Source: Octopus sinensis
Taxonomy: Eukaryota
Direction of reading: 5' to 3'
Length of the DNA: 64,000 nucleotides
Assembly: GCF_006345805.1 (NCBI RefSeq)
Contig: NC_043003.1
Coordinates: 30,752,001-30,816,000 of the forward strand
Shown: in pieces, positions 1 through 10,144 of the stretch
Layout of the letters: every line of letters begins with the position of its first letter
How positions within the stretch are numbered: position 1 is the first letter of the stretch
Notes under the pieces: generated by a model
Databases searched by the model: none
The model's input: only the letters and a program-made list of their open reading frames with translations
What the model was told of the DNA's origin: nothing
Position numbers and translations under genes: made by a program

Positions 1-583
1 AGTAGCTAATTCAAGTTGTATACAGTGGTCGGCAAATTTTTGTACGAATTCATCTTTTACAAATGGGGGGGAAAAAAATCTTTTTTTCTCCAGCAAGCGA
101 AGTGATGCAAAGGCCAACAGAGTAACGTACCTTGTACTGAGCTCTAAGAACAGTAATTTTTGTTTTATTTATGAAGCCAGACACAACAGAATATTTATGA
201 AGAGTTCACTCCCTTATTTATAGAACACAAATACTTAGCATAAAAAAGTGGTGTGTGTGTACCACGTTTTAACGTCTAATTTTCCAAGCTGGCATGGGTC
301 GGACGGAATATTTTCTACAGCTGGATGTCCCACTTGTCACCACCCCTCATTTGTTTCCAAGTCATATTTCCCCATGATCAGACCTGGTTTTATGAAATAC
401 TGGAAATGAAGAACACCACTTGCATCACAGTGACACTCGTTTACAACTACCACAACACAGAGACAATAACACACATACATATATATATATATTCTATTAT
501 TCAATTACTTGTTTGCCATTTAACTGTGGCTATGCTGGAGCACCAGCTTGTAGAGTTTTAGTCGAACAAATTGATCCTAGGGC

Positions 584-868
584 ATATTTTTTTAAAAGCC
601 TAATACTTAATCAATCAGTCCCTTTTGCCAAACCACTAGGTTACGAGGATGTAAACACACCATCACCAGTTGTTAAGCAGTGATGGGGGAGGGACAGAGA
701 CAAAGACACACACACATAGATATATACAGAAATATATACGATGGGCTTCTTTCAGTTTCCATCTACCAAATCCACTCACAATGTCTTAGGTGGCTCCAGG
801 CTATAATAGAAAACACTTGTCCAAGATGTCATGCAGTTGGGAAGCAGACTTCTTACCACAAAGCCAGG

Positions 869-926
<58 letters not shown>

Positions 927-1062
927 TATATTCTTTCAGTTTCTCTCTACCAAATCTACTCACAAAGCTTTGGTTGACTTGAGGCTTTAGAAGTAGATAC
1001 TTGCCCAAGGTGTCATGCAGTAGGACCAACACAACTATGCAGTTTAGTGGTTGGGAGCAAAC

Positions 1063-1104
<42 letters not shown>

Positions 1105-1240
1105 GTTTGCTCCCAACCACTAAACTGCATAGTTGTGTTGGTCCTACTGCATGACACCTTGGGCAAGTATCTACTTCTAAAGCCTCAAGTCAACCAAAGC
1201 TTTGTGAGTAGATTTGGTAGAGAGAAACTGAAAGAATATA

Positions 1241-1290
<50 letters not shown>

Positions 1291-1582
1291 CCTGGCTTTG
1301 TGGTAAGAAGTCTGCTTCCCAACTGCATGACATCTTGGACAAGTGTTTTCTATTATAGCCTGGAGCCACCTAAGACATTGTGAGTGGATTTGGTAGATGG
1401 AAACTGAAAGAAGCCCATCGTATATATTTCTGTATATATCTATGTGTGTGTGTCTTTGTCTCTGTCCCTCCCCCATCACTGCTTAACAACTGGTGATGGT
1501 GTGTTTACATCCTCGTAACCTAGTGGTTTGGCAAAAGGGACTGATTGATTAAGTACTAGGCTTTTAAAAAAAAAAAAAATAT
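584..1582. repeat. ~1-kb near-perfect palindrome (inverted duplication of a SINE-containing segment)
   Basis: Arms ~584-1067 and 1100-1582 are reverse complements. They differ only by 1 substitution, one (TA)n length (25 vs 21 units) and an A/T run length. The 32-nt spacer is TA-rich. The ORF track gives the same peptide on both strands (680..982 + and 1177..1479 -). Confidence 0.95.
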
Positions 1583-1889
1583 ATATATATATATATGGAA
1601 ATATAGCTATTAATCCACATGGAATTGTTGTTATTGCTGGTTGTTTAACCACAAGTCAACCTCCATCAAGCAAACTTATCATCAAAGCACTCAAGTTGTA
1701 ATCATCTCAGTCTTTTGGTGGTATTTAGGACATATCATCAATGTGTCCTTCATAAGCTTTGGTTGGCCTGCATCTATAGAAGACACTTGCTCAAGGTGCA
1801 GTGGACTGAACCAGATCCATGTGTTTGTTGGGAAGCAAATTTCTTAATGCCTGCACTTATGTAGTAGTAGTAGTAGTAGTGATAGTAGT

Positions 1890-2349
1890 AAGTCTTTCTA
1901 CTATAGGCACAAGGCCTGAAATTTTGGGGTATTTATTTTACTGACCCTTAAATGATGAAAGGTAAAGTCAACCTTACCAGAGTTTAAACTCAGAACACGA
2001 AGACTGAAGAAATGTTGCCAAACATTTTATCCAGTATGCTAAAGATTTTTCAAGATTGATTTCATGAGAGACCATAACGATAATAGCTCTTTCTAATTTT
2101 GGCAAAAATTCAGCAATTTTTCTAAAGGGAAAAGAGAGTTGATTACATTGACCCCAGTACTTGATTGATACTGTATTTTGTCAACTGTAAAAAAATGAGA
2201 GGTAAAGTTGACCATGGCGGAATCTGAATTGAGAATTGTTGCTGCAATAGATGAAATGCTACCAAGAATTTTGTCCAGTGCAGTAACAATTATGCCAGCT
2301 CACTGCCATAATAATAATAATAATAATAATAATGATGATAATAATAATG

Positions 2350-2414
<65 letters not shown>

Positions 2415-3530
2415 CCTTTCTACTATAAACACAAGGTCTGAAATTTGTTGGGGGAACTAGTTGATTATATTGAGTCCAGTGTTTCACTAGTACTTATTTA
2501 ATCAACATCAAAAGGATGAAAGACAAAACCAACCTTGGCAGAATTTGAACTCAGAACGTACTGACAGAGGAAATGCTGCTAAGCATTTTGCCCAGCATGC
2601 TAATGATCTTGCCAGATTGCCACCTTTATCGTAATAATGAAGATGATGATAATAATCCTTTCTACTATAGGCACAAGGTCTGAAATATCTGGGAGGATGG
2701 AGAAAGTCGATCATATTGACCTCAGTACTTGACTGGTACTTAATTTATTGACCCTGAAAGGATGAAAGGCCAAGTTGATCTTGGTGAAATTTGAACTCAG
2801 AACGTAGATGGACAAAATGCCATTAAGCATTTTGCCTGGCATGCTAGCGGTTCTGTCAGGTCGTCACCTTAAATGATGATTGTGGTGGTGATGGTGGTGA
2901 TGATGGTGGTGATGATGATGATCCTTTCTACTATAGGCAAAAGGCCTGAAACTTTCGAGGGAGGAGGCTAGTCAGTTACATCAATCCCAGTGCTCAACTG
3001 GTCCTTATTTTAGAGACCTTGATAGGATGAAAGGCAAAGTCAACCCTAGCAGCATTTGAACCCAGAACGGAGATAGAGATGAAAATGTTGGTAAGCATTT
3101 TGCCTGGTATGTTGATGTCGTTGTCGTTTAACATCCGTTTTCCATGCTAGCATGGGTTGGACGATTTGACTGAGGGCTGGTGAACCAGATGGCTGCCCTT
3201 CCTAACGCCAACCACTCCGAGAGTGTAGTGGGTGCTTTTATATGCCACCGGCATGGGGCCAGTCAGGCGGTACTGGTAACGACCTCACTTGAATCTTTTA
3301 CACATGCCACCGCCTTAATAATAATAATAATCCTTCCTATTAAAGGTACAAGGCCAGAAATTTTGCGGGGAGGGGGATAGTCGATTATACTGACCTCTGT
3401 GCTCAACTAGCACTTAGTTCATCAACCCTGAAAAGATGAAAGGCAAAGTGTACCTCAGCAGAATTTGAACTCAGAACATAAAGATAGATGAAATGCTGCT
3501 GAGCATGCTAATGCTTCTGCCAGCTTGTTG
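1890..3530 (-). mobile_element. Head-to-tail cluster of about six decayed tRNA-derived SINEs (Nin/Deu-like central domain)
   Basis: A unit tcctttctactataggcacaaggcctgaaa...ggatgaaaggcaaagtcgacct...gaatttgaactcagaac...aagcatttt recurs at ~1890, 2085, 2415, 2655, 2920 and 3330, all in the same orientation and separated by (AGT)n, (AAT)n, (GAT)n or (GGT)n tracts. Confidence 0.8.
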
Positions 3531-3886
3531 CAATAATAGTAATAAAGGTGTCAAATTGTGGCTCAAGGCCAAAACAATTAATAACACTAATAAATATAAA
3601 ATAAATTAGAAAACCACACCTAGAAGGTAGTATTTGTTAGTTTTCATTGAAGATTAAATTGATTTGATATTGTTTGTTAAATGATTAGCATTATCTCAGT
3701 GAGAAACCTAACCAGTGAGAAACCTAACTACTTCATGCTTCATATCTTAGCAACAACATTGGATACTTATTCAATGTGCACTGCTCTATTTATCTAAGAC
3801 TTTAGTATATTTATCTCACCCAAATATGATAAATCAAGTCAAACAGTAATCATTTTTTTAATATATAATTAGAACTAGTGGCTGTG

Positions 3887-4033
3887 TGGTAAGTAGCTTG
3901 CTTACCAACCACATGGTTCCGGGTTCAGTCCCACTGCGTGGCACCTTGGGCAAGTGTCTTCTACTATAGCCTCAGGCCGACCAAAGCCTTGTGAGTGGAT
4001 TTGGTAGACGGAAACTGAAAGAAGCCCGTTGTA

Positions 4034-4075
<42 letters not shown>

Positions 4076-4287
4076 AGTGTGTGTACTTGTGTTTGTCCCC
4101 CAACATCGCTTGACAACCAATGCTGGTGTGTTTACGTACCCGTAACTTAGCGATTCGGCAAAAGAGACTGATAGAATAAGTACTAGGCTTACAAAGAATA
4201 AGTCCTGGGGGCGATTTGCTTGACTAAAGGCGGTGCTCCAGCACGGCCACAGTCAAATGACTGAAACAAGTAAAAGAGTTAAGAGTA
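3887..4287 (+). mobile_element. CORE-type octopus SINE (OR-like), near full length
   Basis: tRNA-like head (gtggctgtgtggtaag...ggttccgggttcagtccc), gcaccttgggcaagt core, internal (TA)/(TG) tract and (taaaagag)n tail. More than 15 related copies occur in the window. Confidence 0.8.
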
Positions 4288-4289
4288 TA

Positions 4290-5207
4290 TATATGGTTCA
4301 AAAAGCACAAAGGTCTTCTCTAATTGGAGCATGTTTGAAAAAATCTGTAATTTGGCACGAATGCAAAGTACTTCATCTCACCACTAATATGAGAGTGTAA
4401 AACTGTCTCAGCAATAATGATAGCACTTCTCAAGCTCGACTGGCATATCATTCAGTTTGGTTATTGAAAATTGGTGAAGGAAGAATCCCCAATGTTCAAA
4501 GACAATTATATGATGATGTAACAGAGATTCCTCAGCAATTTCAAGTCATTTGATCAACTATGTCTATGAAGATTCAGAAGTTAATTTTAACAATGCCCAA
4601 TGGTTATCATCATGAGCAATATTAACATCAAAGAATGAAGAAGTTGACAATCTAAATAACCACATAATCCAGAAATTTCCAGGTGAGACATATACTCTGA
4701 GGAGTATTGATTTCGTTGCAGAAGATCAACAATCTGGACTCTATCCTCCTGAATTTCTGAATTCTCTTAATTAAGTGGCATGCCACCTCACATTATCAAA
4801 TTAAAAATGGGTGTTCCTATAATGTTGCCAAGAAACCAAGATCAGAGATATGGGCACTGCAATGGCGCACACTTTTGATTCCCTGCATTATTCTTCAACC
4901 ATCTGATACAGATTTGCCCTTTACTTTGAAAAGACACTAATTTCCAGTGAGACCTGCTTTCGTGATGTCTGTAAACACAAGTCAAGGACAAAGCCTTTCT
5001 AAGTGCAGCATATACATGCTTGCGCCCGTATTTACTCATGGCCAGTTATATGTTGCTCTTAGCAGAGTTGGAGATCCAGTGAATCTTAAAATATTTGCTT
5101 ATCAATAAGAATTTACCAGATCAGGAACAAGTAGATATCATAATGAAAATGTAAGAAGACTTATTGTGCGTAATGTTATCTACACGGAAATAGTGCAAAT
5201 ATTGACA
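4290..5207 (+). pseudogene. Helitron RepHel PIF1-like helicase C-terminal remnant
   Basis: Interrupted frames read ACLKKSVIWHECKVLHLTTNMRV, YPPEFLNSLN*SGMPPHIIKLKMGVPIML, QFPVRPAFVMSVNTSQGQSL, HGQLYVALSRV and RNVIYTEI. It has stops and frameshifts. Confidence 0.85.
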
Positions 5208-6789
5208 TGTTGCCTATGTAAAAAGTATTTGCATAAATAAGAATATGTAAATATATTATCAAATTATATCTCTTGTGTATTTCTCAAACAATAGTTGAAT
5301 TAAATTGAAATGTTATTCTAAACATAGCATTGTTTTTTTCCTTATTGATGGGTCATGTACTAGTATAAATAAAATTAACGATGAGCATGACTGTCTTCTG
5401 GGTGAAAAGGAAGATATGTGTTGTGACAACTGTAAGTTAAGCATACAGTGCCTCAGGGCAAGCTGTGAAAGACACTGAAAGACATTTACTCTTATACCAA
5501 CAAGTGGTGTTCCTTGCCTGACCTGTAATTGTATGAGCTGACTTTGACATAAGAAGTCACAGGAGAGTCTACAAATTTTGACCATGTAATACAATTGTCT
5601 CTCACAGATTTGGGAGATTATTATTATTATTATCATTATTATTATTATTAGCTGGCAGAATCGTTAGCATGTCAGGCAAAATGCTTAGCAGCATTTCATC
5701 TGTCTTTATGTTCTGAGTTCTAATTCTGCCAAGGTGAACTTTACCTTTCTTTCATCCTTTCAGGCTTGATAAATTAAGTACCAGTGAAACACTGGGGTCA
5801 ATGGAATTGACTAGCCCTCTCACCTAAAATTTCGTGCTTTTAGTAGAAAAGATTATTATTGTTATTATTATTAGCAATGTAAGTAAAATGGTTCCAACTA
5901 ACAATCAAAATTCCAAATAGTAAAAAAAAGAAAAAGAAAGAAATCCAATGAAAAGAAATTTTTGTAATTCCATAGTGAATGTTTGCCTACTTCAATAGTT
6001 ACCAACTCCATTTCTTAGTTGAATGATTTTACAGAGCTGTCTTAACAAAAATATAAGCCCTGAGTAAAGCAATGTACTGGAACCTCTAGAATTTATTTGT
6101 TGACAGAAAGCCACAGCGTACATAGATTTTAGAATTATCAACAACAAATGAGGTAGCGGTGGTGGTTGTGCTTTTCACAGTCACTCAATCTGCTAGAAAT
6201 AGCAGCCATTTCTTATAAAATCACACCATGCCACCTTAAAAGAAAGTATCTTAAACGATGCAGCCCTACATAGTCTTAAAGTGGTCTAGTGGTTAGAGCA
6301 GTGGACTCATGGTTGAGGGATCGCAGGTTCGAATCTCAGACTGGGTGATGTATGTGTTTATGAGTGAAACATTTAAGTTCCACGCGGCTCCTGCAGAAGG
6401 TAATGGCAAACTTCTGCTGACTCTATATAAAATCATCCTGGTTTTAACGTCCACGTTTCCATGCTTGCATGGATTGAATGGAGTTTATTGTGGCTGATTT
6501 TTCTATGGATGGATGCCTTTCCTGTTGTCAATCCATACCTGTTTCCAAGCAATATGTAACATGTTTCTGCAGAATACTGGAAATGAATGATATTCATTTG
6601 TAACAATTGATACAAGGACACACACATATATATGTATGACAAGCTTCTTTCAGTTTCCATTTTCCAAGTTCAATGACAAGGTTTTGCTTGGCCCAGGGCT
6701 ATAGTTGAAGACACTTGCCCAAGTCGATGTGCAATCGGACTGAACCCAAAGCCATGTAGTTGGGAAGCATGTATAGGTAAGACAAAAAT

Positions 6790-7440
6790 GGTTACACATT
6801 AGTATATATATAATATAAAATACAAAATGGGACAAGAACGCAAAACATCCGGACAGCTAGGTGATACAAAAAGGGACAACAAAACATCCAGATAGACAAT
6901 ACAAAGAAAACAAGGATGGGTCATTCGAAGTTTTCTTTCCTCAGTCGAGCACCAGATTATCCTCGCAATTTCAGCTGATTATTCTTGAGATTGCTCCAAT
7001 CTGGGCAGCCCCAAGGAAAAACTAAGCTAAGAGCATTAGATTCCTTGGAAGAAAGCAATGAATGTATACAAAAACAAGGACGGAAAAAAGCGGACAAAGT
7101 TACACAAATATAAATACAATAAAAACAATAACAAGACATAACAACAGGTGTCTTTCGACTAAGGACGAATTAAATTAAGCTGGCGCGTGTGGAAATGAAA
7201 CCTTACGGCAGAGATACAAAAGTTTCGCAAACGCAGGGAAGAATATCGATGTTGCACGGACAACGGCCAGACGAAGAAAGAAAGAGCAGGCTTGGCTGAC
7301 CGGTGGTCACGTGGGAAGAGAAGAGAGAGAAGTAGAAGCAGAGGGACAGAAGAATTAAGGAGGTGCGAGAAAAAAGGACAGGGACACAGTGAAGTGAAAA
7401 GTAGAGGGAAAGTGAGTGAGAAGAGAAGACAAAGAAATGC
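6790..7440 (-). mobile_element. Interspersed repeat, possibly a Penelope-like 3' end; inverted second copy at 18740-19060
   Basis: 6830-7130 is the reverse complement of 18770-19050 (ttccttggggct.gccagattgga.caatctcaaga). Both copies abut (TA)n. The Penelope assignment is tentative. Confidence 0.45.
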
Positions 7441-7454
7441 GATATATATATATA

Positions 7455-7667
7455 TATTTCTTTACTGCCCTCAAGGGGCTAAACATAGAGGGGACAAACA
7501 AGGGCAGACAAAGGGATTAAGTCGATTACATCGACCCAGTGCGAAACTGGTACTTTATTTATCGACCCCGAGAGGATGAAAGGCAAAGTCGACCTCGGCG
7601 GAATTTGAACTCAGAACGTAACGGCAGACGAAATACGGCTACGCATTTCGCCCGGCGTGCTAACGAT
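7455..7667 (-). mobile_element. Nin/Deu-like SINE, tail type 2
   Basis: Reverse complement of the 27537-27767 element, including the gccccttg.gggcagtaaagaaata tail. Confidence 0.8.
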
Positions 7668-8360
7668 ATATATATATTCAAGTGAAATTACACCCGATAT
7701 GATTAGGAAGAACGTAATAATAATCATTCAAAGCTGTATGTTTACAGATCACAATTGCAAGTTTTATGCTGCTACTTTATTTAAGCACGACGAGTTTATT
7801 GCCAGACTAAAGCGGCAATTTTAAATATGGAATAGTGCCTAAACTGTCACCAGCTATCATTAATTTCTAAGCAGTCCAATATTTATTTCCGCTAGGCCTT
7901 CGAATACATTCAGCACAATGACTGAACATGTTACCATGAAAGACTGCGAACAAATGACATCGCTTGTTTGGGAGGTGATGCACGATTATACACATGGAGC
8001 AGGATGTCAAGACAAAGAATTATGAGCCCTCACATCGATACATATACGACAGGTTTCTTTCAGCTGCCGACATCCAAACCTACTTGCAAGGATTTGGTTA
8101 GCTTGGGGCTATAGTAGAAAGCAGTTGGTGAACGTGCTGTAGAATTGTACAGAACTGAAACCACGTGGTTTGTAAAGCGAACTTTGTAAACACAGAAACG
8201 AGTGTATGTGCGCGTGCGTATATGCATCCATATATTAATTGGTTTGGATCTTAGCTCGGTAACCTTCAGCATATAATTGACTAGCAGAGTATATTGTTAT
8301 CTAGTATGTAAATACGGTTGTCCGCCTGTTTACCTTCCTTCTCTCGCTCTTTCTCTAAAC

Positions 8361-8440
8361 AACTGAAAATGTGTTCTTCGAGTCGAACTAGAACCAAAAC
8401 AACTGAAAATGTGTTCTTCGAGTCGAACTAGAACCAAAAC
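8361..8440. repeat. Perfect 40-bp tandem duplication
   Basis: aactgaaaatgtgttcttcgagtcgaactagaaccaaaac occurs twice, at 8361-8400 and 8401-8440. Confidence 0.95.
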
Positions 8441-9524
8441 AATCATTTCCACGAACACAATGTAACCTAGCAGAGCAAATTCTTTAACAACCTCTGCCTA
8501 ACAGAAATCCATATAGCATGGTACTATTGCTTTTGAGGTTAGGAATACTAAATTTCTTTAGGTGACCTTGTTGGAATGCTACGTTATACATACTTAAACA
8601 TACACTTACCTGTCTGCTAATCTCTCATACTCTTTCTATATACTTGGTGGAGCAAACAAGATAAACAGAACTCAGTACATGAGTATATGTATTTTATCAT
8701 AAGAACCGGCAGACATTACCTTGTAATTGAAGGACCGAGAGTTTTGCGCATAACACCTATCAAACTCTTGGGTCACTCTGTAATTCCTGCCGATCAAAAT
8801 AATCTCTTCATCTATAGATGATACCATTCAGATGTATCTAAACACATTTTGTTATTATCGACAGGTAGCAATAACTTAATTTTGTATTTATTTCCCTGTG
8901 AGAGCTAACAGCGTTAAAACAGGAACATATGTGATTGACCTATTTGCTAGAAATAGCAGTAAAATTACGTCAAATCGCAACCAACCGTCTTAAAACAGCA
9001 AGATGGTTGCATTAAAGCTATTATGGTTCTAGACACCAAAGTTGGAATTGTCACGGTTGGAACGCATTTGATCATTGGTCAAATGAATTGAGGCTAACCT
9101 GGGAGTAAACAATTACAGTTAAAGGATAGTTTGGAGTGTGTTTAAGGTGTTTTTATTAGGAATAAAGCCAAGACGTATCTAAAGAATCAAAGTACACCGT
9201 GAGGAGAGCGTTATTATTTATGATTTCTGCTATGGGCACATGGCCAGCATCACATTTTCGGCGAGCGTACTGTCGATCGAATCAACCATACAATTTTATC
9301 GTTATGTAACACACAGACACATATGTGTGTGTATATATATAGTGTGTTGAAGTTGAAAATGCTCTGGGATTCGTTTACATTTTTTAATTTTTAAAGGCTT
9401 AACTGGTTTCACAGATTTCTCTGATATTCAAAATTTGAGATAGAAAAAACTATCTTGCTTCTCATATACATACAAAACACAACATAAACATACATAAAAA
9501 CAAACATTAATAGACATTATTACG

Positions 9525-9735
9525 GTGAGCCGGCAGAATCGTTAGCACACCGGGTGAAATGATCAGTGGTATTTCGTCTGTCACTACGTTCTGAGTTCAA
9601 ATTCCGCCGAAGTCAACTTTGCCTTTCGTCCTTTCGGGGTCGATAAATTAAGAACCAGTGAAATACTGAAGTCAACGTAATCGACAAGTCCTTTCCCCCA
9701 AAATGCCAGGCCTTGTGCCTATATTAGAAAGGATT
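9525..9735 (+). mobile_element. Nin/Deu-like SINE, tail type 1
   Basis: Head ggtgagccggcagaatcgttagc, B-box-like gttcaaattcc, core gcctttcgtcctttcggggtcgataaattaag and tail ggccttgtgcctatattagaaaggatta. Confidence 0.8.
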
Positions 9736-9944
9736 AATACCGGCAATTAGTGTAACGTTTCCATAGTTTTCCCCTCTGCAAAGGTAAATAAGACCGTCAT
9801 AGCCACTTTCTCATCATATGTCGCAATTTATTTATTATTTTTTTCCTGATGCATTTATTACTATTAAAAAAAAAAACAAGTTAGTAATTGCTAGAGTTTT
9901 AGCACAAATACATCTATATATAATGTATATAAATAACCACTTAC

Positions 9945-10059
9945 GCCATTTACGAGGGTTGAAATACGGATCAATAATAATAGGATAAGCAGCAGCTAGT
10001 GTAAGACCCACTAAACTACCGACAACAAGGGCGTATCGCCACCCTTTCAATAGCAACAT
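9945..10059 (-). CDS. SMIM20: First coding exon of small integral membrane protein 20 (MITRAC7 / phoenixin precursor)
   Basis: ATG at 10059 reads MLLLKGWRYALVVGSLVGLTLAAAYPIIIDPYFNPRKW+C, then a perfect GTAAGT donor (forward ACTTAC 9939-9944). The exon is 115 nt and phase 1. The LxGWRYA...G..G....A.YPIII.P pattern and single TM segment match invertebrate SMIM20 N-termini, and the intron position and phase match my recollection of vertebrate SMIM20. Later exons were not found in the window. Confidence 0.85.
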
Positions 10060-10113
10060 GTCAAAAGACGTCTGTTGCAAGCGATGAGGATTCTTGTTTA
10101 CAAGCTTCGGGTA

Positions 10114-10144
10114 ACCGGAAGTGGTACGAAAGCAACAGGAAGTG
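10114..10144 (+). promoter_or_regulatory. Tandem ETS-family (GABP/ELK-type) motifs in the SMIM20 proximal promoter
   Basis: ACCGGAAGTG at 10114-10123 and ACAGGAAGTG at 10135-10144, 21 bp apart and 55-85 bp upstream of the SMIM20 ATG, in a TE-poor region. Confidence 0.6.

Noticed and set aside
680-1479. Identical 100-aa ORFs on opposite strands
   Set aside because: They are a product of the palindrome, SINE sequence and (TA)n (YIYI runs), not genes.
4290-5350. Linking the Helitron helicase fossil to the non-autonomous Helitron at 31539-33340
   Set aside because: No hairpin-CTRR terminus was found after 5207 and no shared sequence was seen.
6280-6350. tRNA-like A and B boxes
   Set aside because: This is a SINE head with no complete cloverleaf or acceptor stem. 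No true tRNA, rRNA or snRNA gene was recognised in the window.
6918-6944. Other hammerhead-like cores (CTGAGGA here on minus, CTGAAGA at 18973, CTGATGA on minus at 31070-31076)
   Set aside because: None has a proper stem II followed by GAAA and a cleavage triplet, so at most they are decayed motifs.
8604-8660. Minus-strand GTAAGT donor as possible SMIM20 exon 2
   Set aside because: The upstream sequence does not encode a SMIM20-like (Q...R..I.Q..IQPG) peptide and has no convincing acceptor.
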